Source of the DNA: Octopus sinensis
Taxonomy: Eukaryota
Direction: 5' to 3'
DNA length: 64,000 bases
Assembly: GCF_006345805.1 (NCBI RefSeq)
Contig: NC_043011.1
Coordinates: 22,642,464-22,706,463, forward strand
Of the stretch, positions 1 through 13,620 are shown in pieces; the first letter of the stretch is position 1, and every line of letters begins with the position of its first letter. Position numbers and translations under genes: made by a program. The notes beneath the pieces are model-generated. The model had not been told where the DNA came from. It was given only the letters and a program-made list of their open reading frames with translations, and ran no database searches.

Positions 1-61
<61 letters not shown>

Positions 62-63
<2 letters not shown>

Positions 64-319
64 GGAGTAAACACATAAATGTGAAACAAGGTGGAAAAAA
101 AGAGTACTCAATACCAGTGGTAGAGTAATATGCTTTATTTAAAGCAGCAGAAAATTCAACAAAATCTGTTACTCTGAGTTTCTCGTTGCCGTTCATCAGA
201 CAGTTTTTGTTAGAATGGAACCGATATATCGGTTCCATTCTAACAAAAACTGTCTGATGAACGGCAACGAGAAACTCAGAGTAACAGATTTTGTTGAATT
301 TTCTGCTGCTTTAAATAAA

Positions 320-320
<1 letters not shown>
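62..320. mobile_element. (TA)n-embedded palindromic element, family A (perfect 94-bp arms, 133-320), carrying a hammerhead on both strands
   Basis: Centre 226/227. Plus-strand hammerhead 242-295: CUGAUGA-ACG GCAA CGA-GAAA-CUCAGA-GUA; mirror copy at 158-211. Confidence 0.8.
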
Positions 321-381
<61 letters not shown>

Positions 382-1303
382 GTGGTGTGTGTGTGTGTAC
401 GTGTACATGTGCGTGTATGTATGTGTGCATGTATGTGCGTATGCATGTATGTATGTGTGTATGTATGTATGCATGTATGTATGTAAATATATATGTACAT
501 ATGTATTTGCGAATCCTCTGTATACTATTAAAAGTGAAGTTCAATATTGCTTGCTTGCAATGTTACACAGCCAAACTGGCACATAATGGGAAAATACTTT
601 GAAAGTAAAGTGTCCCTGAAATGTGAATACGAACAGAATAAAACAAGTTTCGCGTAAATCGGACCTGTAGTTATTGAGATATTCGGAGTTTTGGTGTATA
701 AATACCCCCAAACGGTGCATAATGGGAAATTACTCCGAAAATAACTTAACCTTGAAAGGGAAGAAACCTTCCCATTAGACATATTATGATTGGCAAAATA
801 TTTTAAAGTGAAAATGTCTTTAATAGTACGGTAAATATTTCGTAAAAGACCCGTTAGTAACCTCGGTGTGAAATAGTTTTTTTCAATAGGTTTCTTTCAA
901 GTGCATTCAAAGATTTGGCTGCTACTTCCAGTGCGCCCTACCACCATGTAACAGCTATTTGCGATAAAGGGCCCGAAATACCTGTTATGTGGTAGCAGGG
1001 TGTGCAAGAAATAGCAGCTATATCTTTCCTTTTCTGAGGAAAGGAGCCGTTTACGCGTGATTTCGATGCCACATTCGTTGAAAGCATGCGAAATAACATG
1101 ACAAAGAAAAAAACCCCACGAAAGAAATCTCCGTTGCTGAGAAACTCAGACCTCCCCGGTGACCCAACGGGTCAAGGGTAGACTAGTCTACTATATAAAT
1201 GCGAGTGTATGTGTGTTTAACCCGAAAGGCTCTGAAATGGTGCGTGCTCGAGAAATACGTATTTGACTTTCGAAAATGCACTCCAAAAAGAATGCTGTCC
1301 GTG

Positions 1304-1350
<47 letters not shown>

Positions 1351-1874
1351 TAGTAACATGAACTTCTAACTTGTCTCTTGAGGTCTCTGGGTGAGACTTG
1401 GAGTCAACTTGAACAAAAGAAAGCAAAAGTCAAACATGTAGTAGTAGTAGTAGTAGTAGTAGTAATATAAATAATAATAATAATAATAATATAATTTTCT
1501 ATAAGAGACAATTCAACTTTTAACTCTACAAATCTCACACTCTCTATTTGTCACCATCTTTGTCACTCTCTCTCTCTCTCTCTCTCCCTCTCTCTCTCTT
1601 TATATATGCATTAACTCTCGGGCATTACTTTCATTTTATTTAAAACTTCTTTTAATGTTTATTCTCAGTTTTATGACAGCTATTACAAATCCTGTTTTCT
1701 GACTAGGTAAATATGATCAAACTTTGAATATCTGTAATATTTTTCTAAAACTTTTTTCCCGAATTAATGAATCACAAACTCAGATCGTGCCTGAAAAAGT
1801 ATATCAATATACCAAATTTGAAAATGTTCACTCAATCTTAAAATTTCAAAATTTGTGACAGGGACAGAAAAAGA

Positions 1875-1944
<70 letters not shown>

Positions 1945-2200
1945 AAAGATATAAGGTACTCAGAAATCTTGATGGTTTTATATTTACAGATTTTTATTAA
2001 TATGTCACATGTCTTTATAAATCATATATTAGCACTTGCATCTACTCTAGTAGTCTACTAGAGTAGATGCAAGCGCTAATATATGATTTATAAAAACATG
2101 TAACATTAATAAAAATCTGTAAATATAAAACCATCAAGATTTCTGAGTACCTTATTTCTTCTAATCTATAATACCTGTACATCACCTCCAAACCTTCTAA
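1945..2200. mobile_element. (TA)n-adjacent palindromic element, family B
   Basis: ~105-bp inverted arms centred at 2054 plus unpaired tail TAATACCTGTACATCACCTCCAAACCTTC shared with 62759-63340. Confidence 0.7.
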
Positions 2201-3489
2201 TATACCGTCTACCAAATCCACTCACAAAGCTTTGGACAACCTGAGGCTATAGTAGAAGACACTTGCCCAAGGTGTCATGCATTGGAACTGAACCCATAAC
2301 TATGTGGTTGGGAAGCAAGTTGTTTATCTCATGCATTTTGTCATGGTAAACTTCCTCACTCTCTATAAAAGTATATTGTTCTCGCTGAGTCTGCATGAGT
2401 TTGTCAATGTGTGTGTATGAATGTGTGTAAGGAATTTCATTGGGATAACAGAGTGTTTTAAAAATGTATGTAAAAGATAATTTATTTTAATAGCATATTT
2501 TTCTGTTACTAAATGTTTTTTCTTACACAGACACACACACGCGAACTTGCTTAGTGCAAGATGAGGGTTAAACATTTAAATTACAAATATTTTTGTTGTC
2601 GCTTCAATCCTAGCAATGGACCACTGCATCATCATTCCATAAAATGTGTTTATAGGGAGAAAAATATTGAAAAACATCAGTACGTGTCAGAGTGACAAAA
2701 AGAAAAAACAATCAAGGTACCAGGTGGTCGAGGGATTTGCTACAAACAACAGCTAAAACTCTCTTAAATCGCACATTATAAAAAAAAATTATTTTTAAAA
2801 ATTCCAAAAGAAAGCCAAAATTTTAGAATTTCAGGTGAGCTGGGTGGCAAGCTTAATGAAAACATTAAAAAAAATTTCACTATTCTTTTCAAATTAAGTT
2901 TTATTTTCTGTTTGAAAATAAAGTAAGTGGGAATTGTAATGGTCTTCGCAAATTTTCAAAATTTTTTAAAGGCTTCTCCTCTCATTTTTGAAAAAAAATC
3001 ATTAGCCAAAATTGGTACTGAGTGGGGGAGGGGAATGTGACAAAAATTCATAATTTTCCAAAATTCTTCTTTTTTTTTTACTAAAAAGGCATTCCCCATT
3101 CTTAAGTGCATAGTGAACCAAAAAAATTGACAAAATCAGTGCAGAAGTGAGGGTGGGATCCCTAAATTTTCTAATATATTTTTTCATTAAAATCTTTCCC
3201 CCAAAATTTGCAAGGGGGTGATAAAAAATCAAACTGGAAAATCATCGTCAGAGCAGAGAAAACCCAACTTATGTGGGAGTGTTATTCCGAAAATCCATTA
3301 AGACATCCTATTGCAAAATTTACTTAGCAATGTCAGGATATTCAGCTAATGTTCATATAAATATGAACACATACATATAAACACATACATACATACATGC
3401 ATACATATATACATATTTTATTATATATATATATATTATATATATACATACATATATATGTGTACATACATAGATATATTCATGCATTC

Positions 3490-3550
<61 letters not shown>

Positions 3551-3554
<4 letters not shown>

Positions 3555-3902
3555 TTAAATAATAAGGGTGAAAAATTGAATATTAATTTGATTAATATCA
3601 ATTTAAAACCAGTGGCCTAGCATATTGAAAAATCTGAAGATTCAGAAAAATTATATTACATACATATAAGAGGGATGACCACTAAGAGGACATCCATTAT
3701 GCTAGATGTAGACCCCGTATGGTCTGACCACTAAGAAAAGATTGTTCTCAAGAAAATTCAGCAAATGCCAGAATGTGAGCAAGCAAGACAAATGAAAAGA
3801 TATAAAATATAAAGATCAATCACAAACTTTTCTTAGTGGTCAGACCATATGGGGTCTACATCTAGCATAATGGGTGTCCACTTAGTGGTCATCCTTCTTA
3901 TA
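3551..3902. mobile_element. (TA)n-flanked element with ~80-bp inverted repeats (3666-3745 / 3823-3902) and one-sided tail
   Basis: Inverted arms visible directly; same geometry as families A and B. Confidence 0.6.
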
Positions 3903-4544
3903 TATATATATATATATATATACTATACTATACACACACATATGTATGTAAACAAACTTGAAAACTTTTTTCATCTTATACTTAGTACTTAAGTACCCAA
4001 TCTTTCTGCTATTTTCATAACTATATAGTGTTCTAAATATTACTTTCTTGTTTGTACAATGTGTGTGTGTGTGTGTGTGTTTCTATATTCAACAAATGAA
4101 GTTCCAAATCATAAAATTGAAAAATCCCCATCGAAAGAGGGAAAATCCAACAGAGGTGGTTCCGCTACTCCAGGCATCTGCCAAATACTTAATGGCATTG
4201 TTTACACAGACAAAGTGCTTGAAGTTGTACAGAGGACATAACTCTTTATATGCATGTCGAAAGGAAAACAAATAGAGAAGAAAAGAAATAAAGAGATAGA
4301 GAGAAAACAAAAAAGAGTGAGAGAGAAAGGGGGAGAGAAAAGAGAGAGGTGTAGTATAAAAAGAGGGAGAGAGATAGAGACGAACTAAATATGTGTTTTT
4401 ATCTGATGCAGTACTCTTTCTTCCAGTCACTGGCATACATCGATGATAATAATAAAACCTTCTGATTTAGTCACAAAACCAGTGATTTTGAAAGGAGATG
4501 GAGGAACTGATACCATCGACCCCTATACCTGATACTCTCTTTCT

Positions 4545-4760
4545 CTTTCACTCCCTTGTACTTGTTTCAGTCATTTGACTGCGGCCATGCTGGAGCATCA
4601 CCTTTAGTCGAGCAAATCGACCCCGGGACTTATTCTTTGTAAGCCCAGTACTTATTCTATCGGTCTCTTTTGCCGAACCGCTAAGTGACGGGGACGTAAA
4701 CACACCAGCATCGGTTGTCAAGCAATGCTAGGGGGACAAACACAGACACACAAACACACG

Positions 4761-4792
<32 letters not shown>

Positions 4793-4836
4793 CATATACG
4801 ACAGACTTCTTTCAATTTCCGTCTACCAAATCCACT
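4545..4836 (-). mobile_element. tRNA-derived SINE family A (partial)
   Basis: Matches the repeated consensus ...CCAGCATGGCCGCAGTCAAATGACTGAAACAAGTA. Confidence 0.8.
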
Positions 4837-4989
4837 AACCCTAAAAAGATGAAAAGCAAAGTTGACCACAACTGGATTTGAACTTAGAAAGTACAAGTTT
4901 GGGAGAAATGCTGTGATGCATTTATTCCAAAGCTTTGATGAGTCTTGTCAGCTCACCAATCTTGTGATGGCATTAATAATTAATGCTTT

Positions 4990-5203
4990 CAAGGCAGTGA
5001 CCTGGCAGAATTGTTAGCACGGGGGCTAAATGCATAGCGGCATTTTGTTTGTCCTCATCTTCTGAGTTCAAATTTTGCCAAGGTCAACATTGCCTTTCAT
5101 CCTTTCGGGGTGGATAAAATAAGTACCAGTTGAGTCTCATGGGGTTGATGTGAGTAAACTCCCTCCCCCAAAATTACTGGCCTTGTGCCAAAATTCGAAA
5201 CCA
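4990..5203 (+). mobile_element. tRNA-derived SINE family B (diverged)
   Basis: GAGTTCAAAT B box; GCCTTTCATCCTTTCGGGGT central domain. Confidence 0.72.
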
Positions 5204-5333
5204 GTAATTAATGCTTTCTTATAATTAACTTGTGATCACATATTTGTTGAGAGTGGAATTTTGATCGAGTCAAAGGTGTAGATGAGTCATAGATGAATTT
5301 TGATCAAGTCATAGAAGTATCATAGATGGTAAA

Positions 5334-5554
5334 TTAACCCTTTCGTTACCAACCCGGCTGAAACCGGCTCTGGCTCTGAGTACAAATGCCTTGTTTTCAT
5401 GAATTTTAAATTAGAATCTTCCACCAGACCTTAGTCACAATTTATGATCCTACCACTAACTGAATGATAACCAAGTTATTTTACTAAATTCTTTGTTATA
5501 TTTAAAGTAATTGAGAGAAACACAGAGCATCTCAAAATAAATACAATAACGAAA
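5334..5554. mobile_element. piggyBac-like MITE remnant
   Basis: TTAA-CCCTTTCGTTA start; truncated TAACGAAA end. Confidence 0.5.
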
Positions 5555-6341
5555 TCACTAAACAACCTAAATAAGAAAAGGGAATTATCTACTTCCTCAA
5601 GAGCCTACCATCTCATCTAACATGTATATGACATATCTACTTCATATATAATATGAAGAAGCTGGATACAATGAAGAACTATTAATATGGTGACATCAAT
5701 TGTTAACATCAGTGACATACAAATTCCTTCAAGCAAGCAAAGTAGATTGGTTAATATAATATTATAAAAGACTAGCAGAGATACCTGGCATTGCTTGGAA
5801 TTTAAATGACATAGTTTGTATATATGGTACAGTTAAGTTGAAACATGTGATACAGGAAGTGCAACGTTGACAACCAAACATTTGTGGAATAACTGAAGGG
5901 CTAATTCGACTAAGTGACATGTCATGCGGCTGTTTGGGAGATTCCAGGCCTTAACCTTGTCATGGAAAAGTGGGTAGTGGGGTATGTGATTTTTGAATGT
6001 ATCAAAAAGCTCTCAGTGGATATACTCTCCTTTGAGGCAGTTAGCACTGCTGCTACCATACTGAGAAATCAGCAGACATAGGAACAACATCTATGTGATA
6101 AATTAAGCCTGTGGGCATGCTCAACAGCACCACACGAGAGAAATCTACATGAAAGAAATTATGTGGTAAGGGAGCAAATTGGCAATAAGCACTTGAGTCC
6201 CTTAGTACTGCAAAATACATTAGTAAACAGCAATTGATTAGAAAAATAATTCACTCAAAGTAATTCTGTGAATTGGTACAGTATTTTTGTTTTAAATGTA
6301 TATTTTTTAGGAAAGGAGAAAATTTAATTACATAGTCACAG

Positions 6342-6730
6342 TCATAGGTTTGTGGTGAGAATCTCGCTTCCCAACCACATGGTCATGGGTTCAGTCCCAC
6401 TGTGTGACACCTTGAGCAAGTGTCTTCTACTATAGCCTCGGGCCAACCAAAGACTTGTGAGTGGATTTGGTAAATGAAAACTGAAATAAGCCTATTGTGT
6501 TTATATATCTATATATTTATGTGTGTGTCTTTGTGTCTGTCTTTGTCCCCCACCACTACTTGACAACTGGTGTTAGTGTGCTTACGTCCTCATTACTTAG
6601 TGATTCAGCAAAAGAGATCAATGGAATAAACATCAGGCTTTAAAAAGTAAAAAAATAAGTACTGGGGTTAATTCATTTGACTAAAAATTCTTCAAGGTGG
6701 TGCCCCAGCATGGCCACAGTTTAGTGACTA
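6342..6730 (+). mobile_element. SINE family A (diverged)
   Basis: tRNA-like head GGTTCAGTCCC, CORE-like CCTTGAGCAAGTGTCTT, family tail. Confidence 0.75.
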
Positions 6731-6899
6731 TATGATAAGTAAGTGAGTGGAAACTTTACGGATGTGTGTGTTAAATAATAAGGCAGTAAAAGAGAATGAC
6801 TCTCCCCAGACACAACAGAATATGCTTTAACACATGAACTCATATAACGAATCTTGCAAACCAAATCCCAAAACGAAGTATATATATATATATGTATAT

Positions 6900-6932
<33 letters not shown>

Positions 6933-7439
6933 CGTATGTTTGTGTGTGTGTATATATATATATATATATACGCGAGCGTATATATATACGTCCGCGTACG
7001 TGTGTATACGCATACATACATATGCACGCGCATATATGTACATGCATATTTCGATATCTTATAGCTATACCCATATGCGCGTGTGTCTCTGTGTATGTGA
7101 GTGTATATGTGCACGCGCATACGGACACACAGCCGTGTGTGCGTGCACGTATAGACATGAGTACGTGACTGTTTACATACGTTCTTATATACATCCTTTA
7201 ATATCTTATATCTAGACCTAGAGGCGTGGGCATATACGTGTGTGTATGTAGGGATGGGCGCGTATGTACATGTGAGTGTGTACGCGTATAGTGTCCGTGT
7301 ATGCATGCGGATATTCTGTTGTATGTATGTGTGTGTACGCGGGTGCGTGTGTTTATGTACATGTTTACACGCGAGTGCGTGTGTATGCTTATAGGCTTGG
7401 AGGCGTATATGTACGCGTGTATGTGGGTGTATGTATCCA

Positions 7440-8249
7440 TGATGATATGTATGTACTAGAAGTCCATTTAATTCAAGAAACCAGATTAAATGCTCATCAA
7501 CTCTGATTTACAACACATTAGGTCCCCAGACGAAACTGTTGATTTACTGACAATTCTACAACTAAATTTTATCAATCTCCTGACCACCATGCTTGGTCCG
7601 TAACCTCTATACATCCCTTATCTTTACATTCTTTTACATTTTTATCATGTTTTTATCATGTTTTTTACTCTTATTTCTATTTCTATTTTTACTTTATAAC
7701 CTTATGCCTTTACATTTACTTATATTTCTTTATATTTCTTTATATCCTTTATACCCCCTTTACATCTCCTTATAACTCTTTATATCTTTATGCTCTACAT
7801 TTTTATATTTTTCTATACTTACACCTTTTATACATTTGTTATCCCTGGTCCCGAATTCTCGCCCTCCATCTTCACGTCTATATATGTATTTATTTATTTA
7901 CATTACCTCAACATCCAGTTTTCCTCATTCTACATTGAGAGAAGAAGGAGATGGACGCTTCAATTCTATGCTGCTGCCGCATTATGTCGTACGCGAATGA
8001 GAGGATTCGCATCCCCAACCAAGAATTTTTGATGTAACACATGTCCTTGTGGAAGCTGTTGTGCGCGGCTGAAGAAGGCCACAGACATACATTATGCATT
8101 GTTATAAATCTGTCTAATAAAGGCCCGAAACATATGTACCGCTGAATCCTTCGCATCATGTTTTTATTTTATTTTGATCAATTTACTCCACCACCTACAC
8201 CACCAAACGGTATACACAGGTGCTTATAATTATCAAGTACTCACCCCGA

Positions 8250-8255
<6 letters not shown>
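7440..8255 (+). mobile_element. Penelope-like element 3' remnant (possible GIY-YIG tail plus pLTR with hammerhead) ending in (TA)n
   Basis: LEVHLIQETRLN resembles the E...I......LN end of GIY-YIG; hammerhead at 8065-8142; boundaries approximate. Confidence 0.55.
8065..8142 (+). ncRNA. Minimal type I hammerhead ribozyme
   Basis: GCGG-CUGAAGA-AGGCC...GGCCC-GAAA-CAUAU-GUA/CCGC; palindromic ACAUAUGU; A.C mismatch at base of stem II. Confidence 0.72.
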
Positions 8256-8282
<27 letters not shown>

Positions 8283-8897
8283 ATCAAGGTGGCTTATTCA
8301 CAATTAACAACCAAAAGGCACAAGTATAGACATCACTAAGGTGACTAAGGGTGCTAGTCAGCACCGGCATTGCTAGAAATAAGAGTCAGAACAACTCTTA
8401 GCCACAGGGAAGCACTTACCTAATGACTGACAAGGGAAACAGGCTCCCTACATATATATATATATATATTTATATATATGTATAAAAATACAAACTGGGA
8501 CAAGAACACAAAACATTTAGGAGAGGATACAAAAAACACGGACGGGACATTCGAAGCCTTCAATCTTCAGTCAAGAACTGGATCATCTTCGCAATTTCGG
8601 CTGATATATATATATATACACAGTTCACTCTGTAAGGTGATTGGTGTTAGGAAGGGCATCCGGCCGTAAAAATCCTGCCGAAACAGACAGTGAAGTCTGG
8701 TGCAGTCTTCTGTCAAACCGTCCAACCCATACCAACATGGAAAACGGATGTTAAACGATGATGATGATACACACACACCACACACACACACACACATAAA
8801 CTCACACACACGCACACATACACATGCATATACATGTGTATTTATCTATCTATCTATATATATATATATTAGTATGTAAATGTGTGCATATGTGTGT

Positions 8898-8937
<40 letters not shown>

Positions 8938-9245
8938 TGTTCTTTCTAAAATTTTGCCATGAACATTCATTTTAGTCAATTTTAAACTTTATACCTGCGA
9001 TTTCCATTCCACTATGTGGACTTTATTCTGTGGACAAATCTTTTGTTATCCATAAACATTTAGTCTCTCTGTCTCTGTCTATTTGTCTGTCTGTCTCCTC
9101 TACATATATATTTATAATTATGTATATATATTTATATTTATTGATATTTATATATTTATAATAATATATATGTATATTTATGTATGTTTATATATTTATA
9201 AACATATATATATTTATATTTATTTATATCTATATATGTGTGTGC

Positions 9246-9279
<34 letters not shown>

Positions 9280-9926
9280 ACATATATATATAGATACCTA
9301 CATACATACATACATACATGCATAAGGTGTGACAACTGATGCAGACTTTATGGAGTGTACACTGAAAATATCCCCCACATCATAAGCAGTTGTCTGAAAA
9401 TGTCATCATGGTATTATCTACTAATGTGACATGACATTGTAGCTGGGACAATCTATAATGAAATCCGTAGGGACAATAATCCCAAGGACAAAGAAATAAG
9501 AACTCACAATATGGTAGAAGCCATAGCCACTCATAATAAAAAGGAATACTGGTGGAAAGTACCAATGAAGACCTCAATAAAATGTGTTTCTTTCTTTCTC
9601 ACTGTTGTGGCTGGACCAAGAAGACGTATTCTTGCCTGTCTCCTGTCCAAGCTTGTTTTTTCGCATTCGCCACCACAACCTCGTTTAGGCTTAGCAGCCC
9701 TTCCCGTTTATTTTCACTGTCCTGTTTTTGTTACCAATTTTGACCCTCCGCAAAATCCCAAATTTTATTTAATTTGCTTTGCAGGAGCAACTGTTTTATT
9801 GTGAAATGCTCAAAATACGGATTAGAAAAACTACCAACAACTGATGAAGTGTCGTTCTTAATGCTGTTTGTCTTGTTTTCCATTTGTTGCTTACAAAAAC
9901 AGTTTATATTCCATGTACTCGTACTT

Positions 9927-10453
9927 CATATGCCTCCATTCATCATCCCACATGATCTCAGACTCAACACGGAGGCTTACATTATGAGCCTGGAGGAGGT
10001 AGTGCTACCCTGGGTCAAAAGTGTGGCTGCTGGAAGAACCTTTGTCTGGCAACAGGACTCTGCACCAGGCCACACAAGCAGTAGAACACAGTTATGACTG
10101 TCAGACAATTTCTGTGACCACATCACCCCTAACATCTGGCCATCTAATTCTCCAGACTGCAATCCTATTGATTATTATGTGTGGTATGCAGTTGAGTGAG
10201 TGACCAATAAAACTCCTTGTAACACAAATGATGAACTGAAGGCAAGGATTATGGCAGCATTCACCAACTTAAACAAGGAGACCATCCAGAAGAGCTGCAG
10301 GAGATTCCAAAGTTGTCTCGAAGTTGTGGTTGAAGCAAATGGCAATTTTATTGAATAAATTTACTCTTTAGTATTTCAAGATATTTTAATGAAATGCCAG
10401 TGTTATTTTCGTTTTTGTGTAATTTAGACAACAGTATATTCACTGCACCCTGT
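9927..10453 (+). pseudogene. Decayed Tc1/mariner (maT/DD37D-like) transposase 3' fragment with TIR end
   Basis: FVWQQDSAPGHTS...WPSNSPDCNPIDYYVW with stops; ends ...CACCCTG-TA. Confidence 0.8.
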
Positions 10454-10934
10454 ATGATTGCTGATTGTTTTTATATTCAGTTATAATAAAAACAATTTTA
10501 CACTAATCTGATGGGTTACTCTATACTTTTGTGAAGTACAAATTTATTATTCTTTGACAAGAAAAGCCATCGTCAGAGTTTTGACCAGCTAAGCTATCAT
10601 TGAATCGCCAATGATGGCTTAGCAGGCTGAAACTTCAAAGTCACTGTCAACATTCTTGTATAAGAATAAAAAAAAATAACAATAACAACAACAACAGCAG
10701 CAGTAATAATATGTGTGTGCATGTAAGCATATATGTTTGTGTGTATGTATGTATGTGTGTGTAGTGAGATTCATTGAAATCCAAAGATATGTATATTAGT
10801 GTTGAATGCAGTTATTCATTGTAATAAATGGTGTGTATATTGGTTTTGATATGTGTGTATAATGGCAGTGAACAGAGTGTATACTGATATCGTATGATAT
10901 GGATACTAGTGCTGAATAATGTATATATTTGTAT

Positions 10935-11571
10935 TTACTCTTTACTCTTTTTACTCTTTTACTTGTTTCAGTAATTTGACTGCGGCTATGCCGGAGCACC
11001 ACCTTTAGTCGAGCAAATCGGCCCCAGGAATTATTCTTCGGAAGCCTAGTACTTATTCTATCAGTCTCTATTGCCGAACTGCTAAGTTACGGGGACGTAA
11101 ACACACCAGCATCATCGGTTGTCAAGCGATGTTGGGGGAGACAAACACAGACACACAAGCATACACACACACACATATACATATATATATATATATATAT
11201 ATTATATTAAATTAGAGATAAAACCACTATTAGGCAAATCATACAATGAAAAACTTAAGCCAATACCTAAGATTAATTAATTTATATTATTTAAATATAT
11301 ATCAAAATTAATAAAAAAGATAATTAATATAACACTACGATTGTTTCATGGCTGTTCAATTCTTAAAATTTTCGAGTTACAGTCATTCTTCAGGTAGTTT
11401 AAATATACAACAGGCTTCTTTCAGTTTCCGTCTATCAAATCCACTCACAAGGCTTTGGTTGGTCTGAGGCTATAGTAGAAGACATTTGTCCAAGGCGCCA
11501 TGCAGTAGAAATGAACCTGGAACCATGTGGCTGGTAAGCAAGCTACTTACCACACAGCCACTCCTATGCCT
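10935..11571 (-). mobile_element. SINE family A interrupted by hammerhead-bearing insertion
   Basis: Tail 10935-11160, insertion ~11200-11405, head ~11410-11571. Confidence 0.8.
11331..11399 (-). ncRNA. Minimal type I hammerhead-like motif in a ~200-bp insertion inside a SINE
   Basis: AACUAC-CUGAAGA-AUGACUGU...ACAGCCAU-GAAA-CAAUC-GUA/GUGUU; stem I imperfect. Confidence 0.6.
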
Positions 11572-12781
11572 ATTGATAATATTAATATTAAAAGAGGTGT
11601 ATATTGGCATTATATGGAGTGTATATTGACATAGAACTTTTTTGTATATCAACTGAATGATGGAGCCTTTATGTGGACTCATGACTTACAAGACGTAGTA
11701 GCCAAATCTCCCTCAAAAGGTACCTTAGTGTTTGATAAAAAAGAAATAAAAAAATAAAAAAACAAAAGTGTTGTTGACATATTAAATATAGAATACTTCT
11801 GCTAAAAGGTCTACACTACCAGGTCTGACCTATAATTATGTAATAAATATTCTTGCAGTTAATAAGGGTTACTTTCACAAAGGGGCCCTCCCACCCTTAA
11901 TGAAACAGCAGTAGAAGTAGTAGTAGTAGTTGGGATAATATTTACAGTAGTAACTGTAGTAGTAGTAGTAGTAGTAGTAGAAGAAGAAATAACTGCAGTA
12001 GTTTTAGTTTTTAATTGGTTATTCAAAAACTGAGGTGGGTCAGCTAAAGCTTTGTTAGTCGTTGGGGTACATATAGGAATGATGATGTTGAAATAACTGT
12101 AGTAGTAGTAGAAGTAGAGTCAATCTAATTGTCTAGCACCCACTACTCCCAGATTTCTGGCCTTGTGCCCAATGTTCCCTACAAACAGTACATATGCACA
12201 TGTTTCACAACTAGTAAACAAAAGAAAAAAGAAATACGTGCACACAGGTTTTTCAAGATGATATAACTTTTTTTTTGTCTTTGGATGTAAACATATTTTG
12301 CAAAGCAAGACAAAATTTGAAGACACACACAAAAAAAAAAAAATTAGAGAGAACATTGCTTGTGTATATAGTAGAATCATCATCATTATCTTTGCTATGA
12401 TCATTGTTATCATCATTAACATCATCATCATCATCATCGTCATCATATTATCACCATCACCATCATCATTGTTGTTATCATCATTATCGCCATCATTGTT
12501 GTCGTCATTATCATCATTGTCATCATTTCTTCATCATCATCATTATCGATTTGCTTTAATGCCCACTTTTCCATGAGTCAATCCCATTGCTCCCCCATCA
12601 CCCCAGTCTAATCCTTTATCAATATCTGCTAAATCAAATGGTGGTGGTGAACTGACACTCATCAGAGCATCAGATAGAACAGAACTTCTAACAACATTTG
12701 GTGTAGTTCTTTGTGCCCTGAGTTCAAGCCCAGAGGTCAATAAAGTGCCAATACTAAGGACAAAATTTATTTTACATCCCT

Positions 12782-12824
<43 letters not shown>

Positions 12825-13289
12825 ACTGTATTGATTATGTATTCCCTCTTAAACATAGATGTTCTGTTGGAACAAACTATACTGTGGTAAGTTGCCTTGA
12901 GAGAAACTCTCATAACTCTCATACTAGAACAGGTGCTGGTGTCACAATTAGCCAGTGATCTTTTTAAAAAATATTTATTAGCAGCAGAGGCAGTATTTAA
13001 ACCGAGAGGTAATATTTATCCCCACTTAAATGTGGATGTTCTGTTAGAACGAACTATACTGCAGTTACTGCCATGAGAGAACCTCTCATATTGGTTTATA
13101 TTTATTATCTATTATTTGTTGCAGTTGTTGGACTACAGCTGTGGCACCAGCTTGAAGGGTTTATTTGAGCAAATCACTCCCAGTACTTATTTTATGAACC
13201 TGGTATTTATACTGTCAGTCTCTTTTGCCGGACTGCTAAGTTAGTGATGGTAGTTTTATTTTAGCTGTTATAGTTGTTGTTGTGAAGAC

Positions 13290-13620
13290 ACATGGCTCAG
13301 TGGTTAGAGTGTCAGAGCTCGCAATTATGAGGTTGTGAGTTCGATTCCTGGACCGGGCTGTGTGTTGTGTTCTTGAGCAAGACACTTTATTCCACATTGC
13401 TCCAGTTAACTCAGCTGTAGAAATGAGATGCAACATCAATAGTGCTAAGCTATATCGGTCTTTGCCTTTTCCCTTGGATAACATCAGTGGTGTGGAGAGG
13501 GGAGGTTGGTATGCATGAGCAACTGCTGGCCTTCCACAAACAACCTTGCCTGGACTTGTACCTCAGGGGTAACTTTCTAGGTGCAATCCCATGGTCATTC
13601 ATGACCAAAGGAGGTCTCCT
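13290..13620 (+). mobile_element. tRNA-derived SINE family C (related copies ~38720-38990, ~42920-43245 minus, ~60475-60765)
   Basis: TGGCTCAGTGG A box, GAGTTCGATTCC B box, TTCTTGAGCAAGACACTT body. Confidence 0.72.

Noticed and set aside
10545-10670. Imperfect hairpin resembling a pre-miRNA (similar one at ~35575-35680)
   Set aside because: No recognisable mature miRNA; more likely a decayed palindromic element
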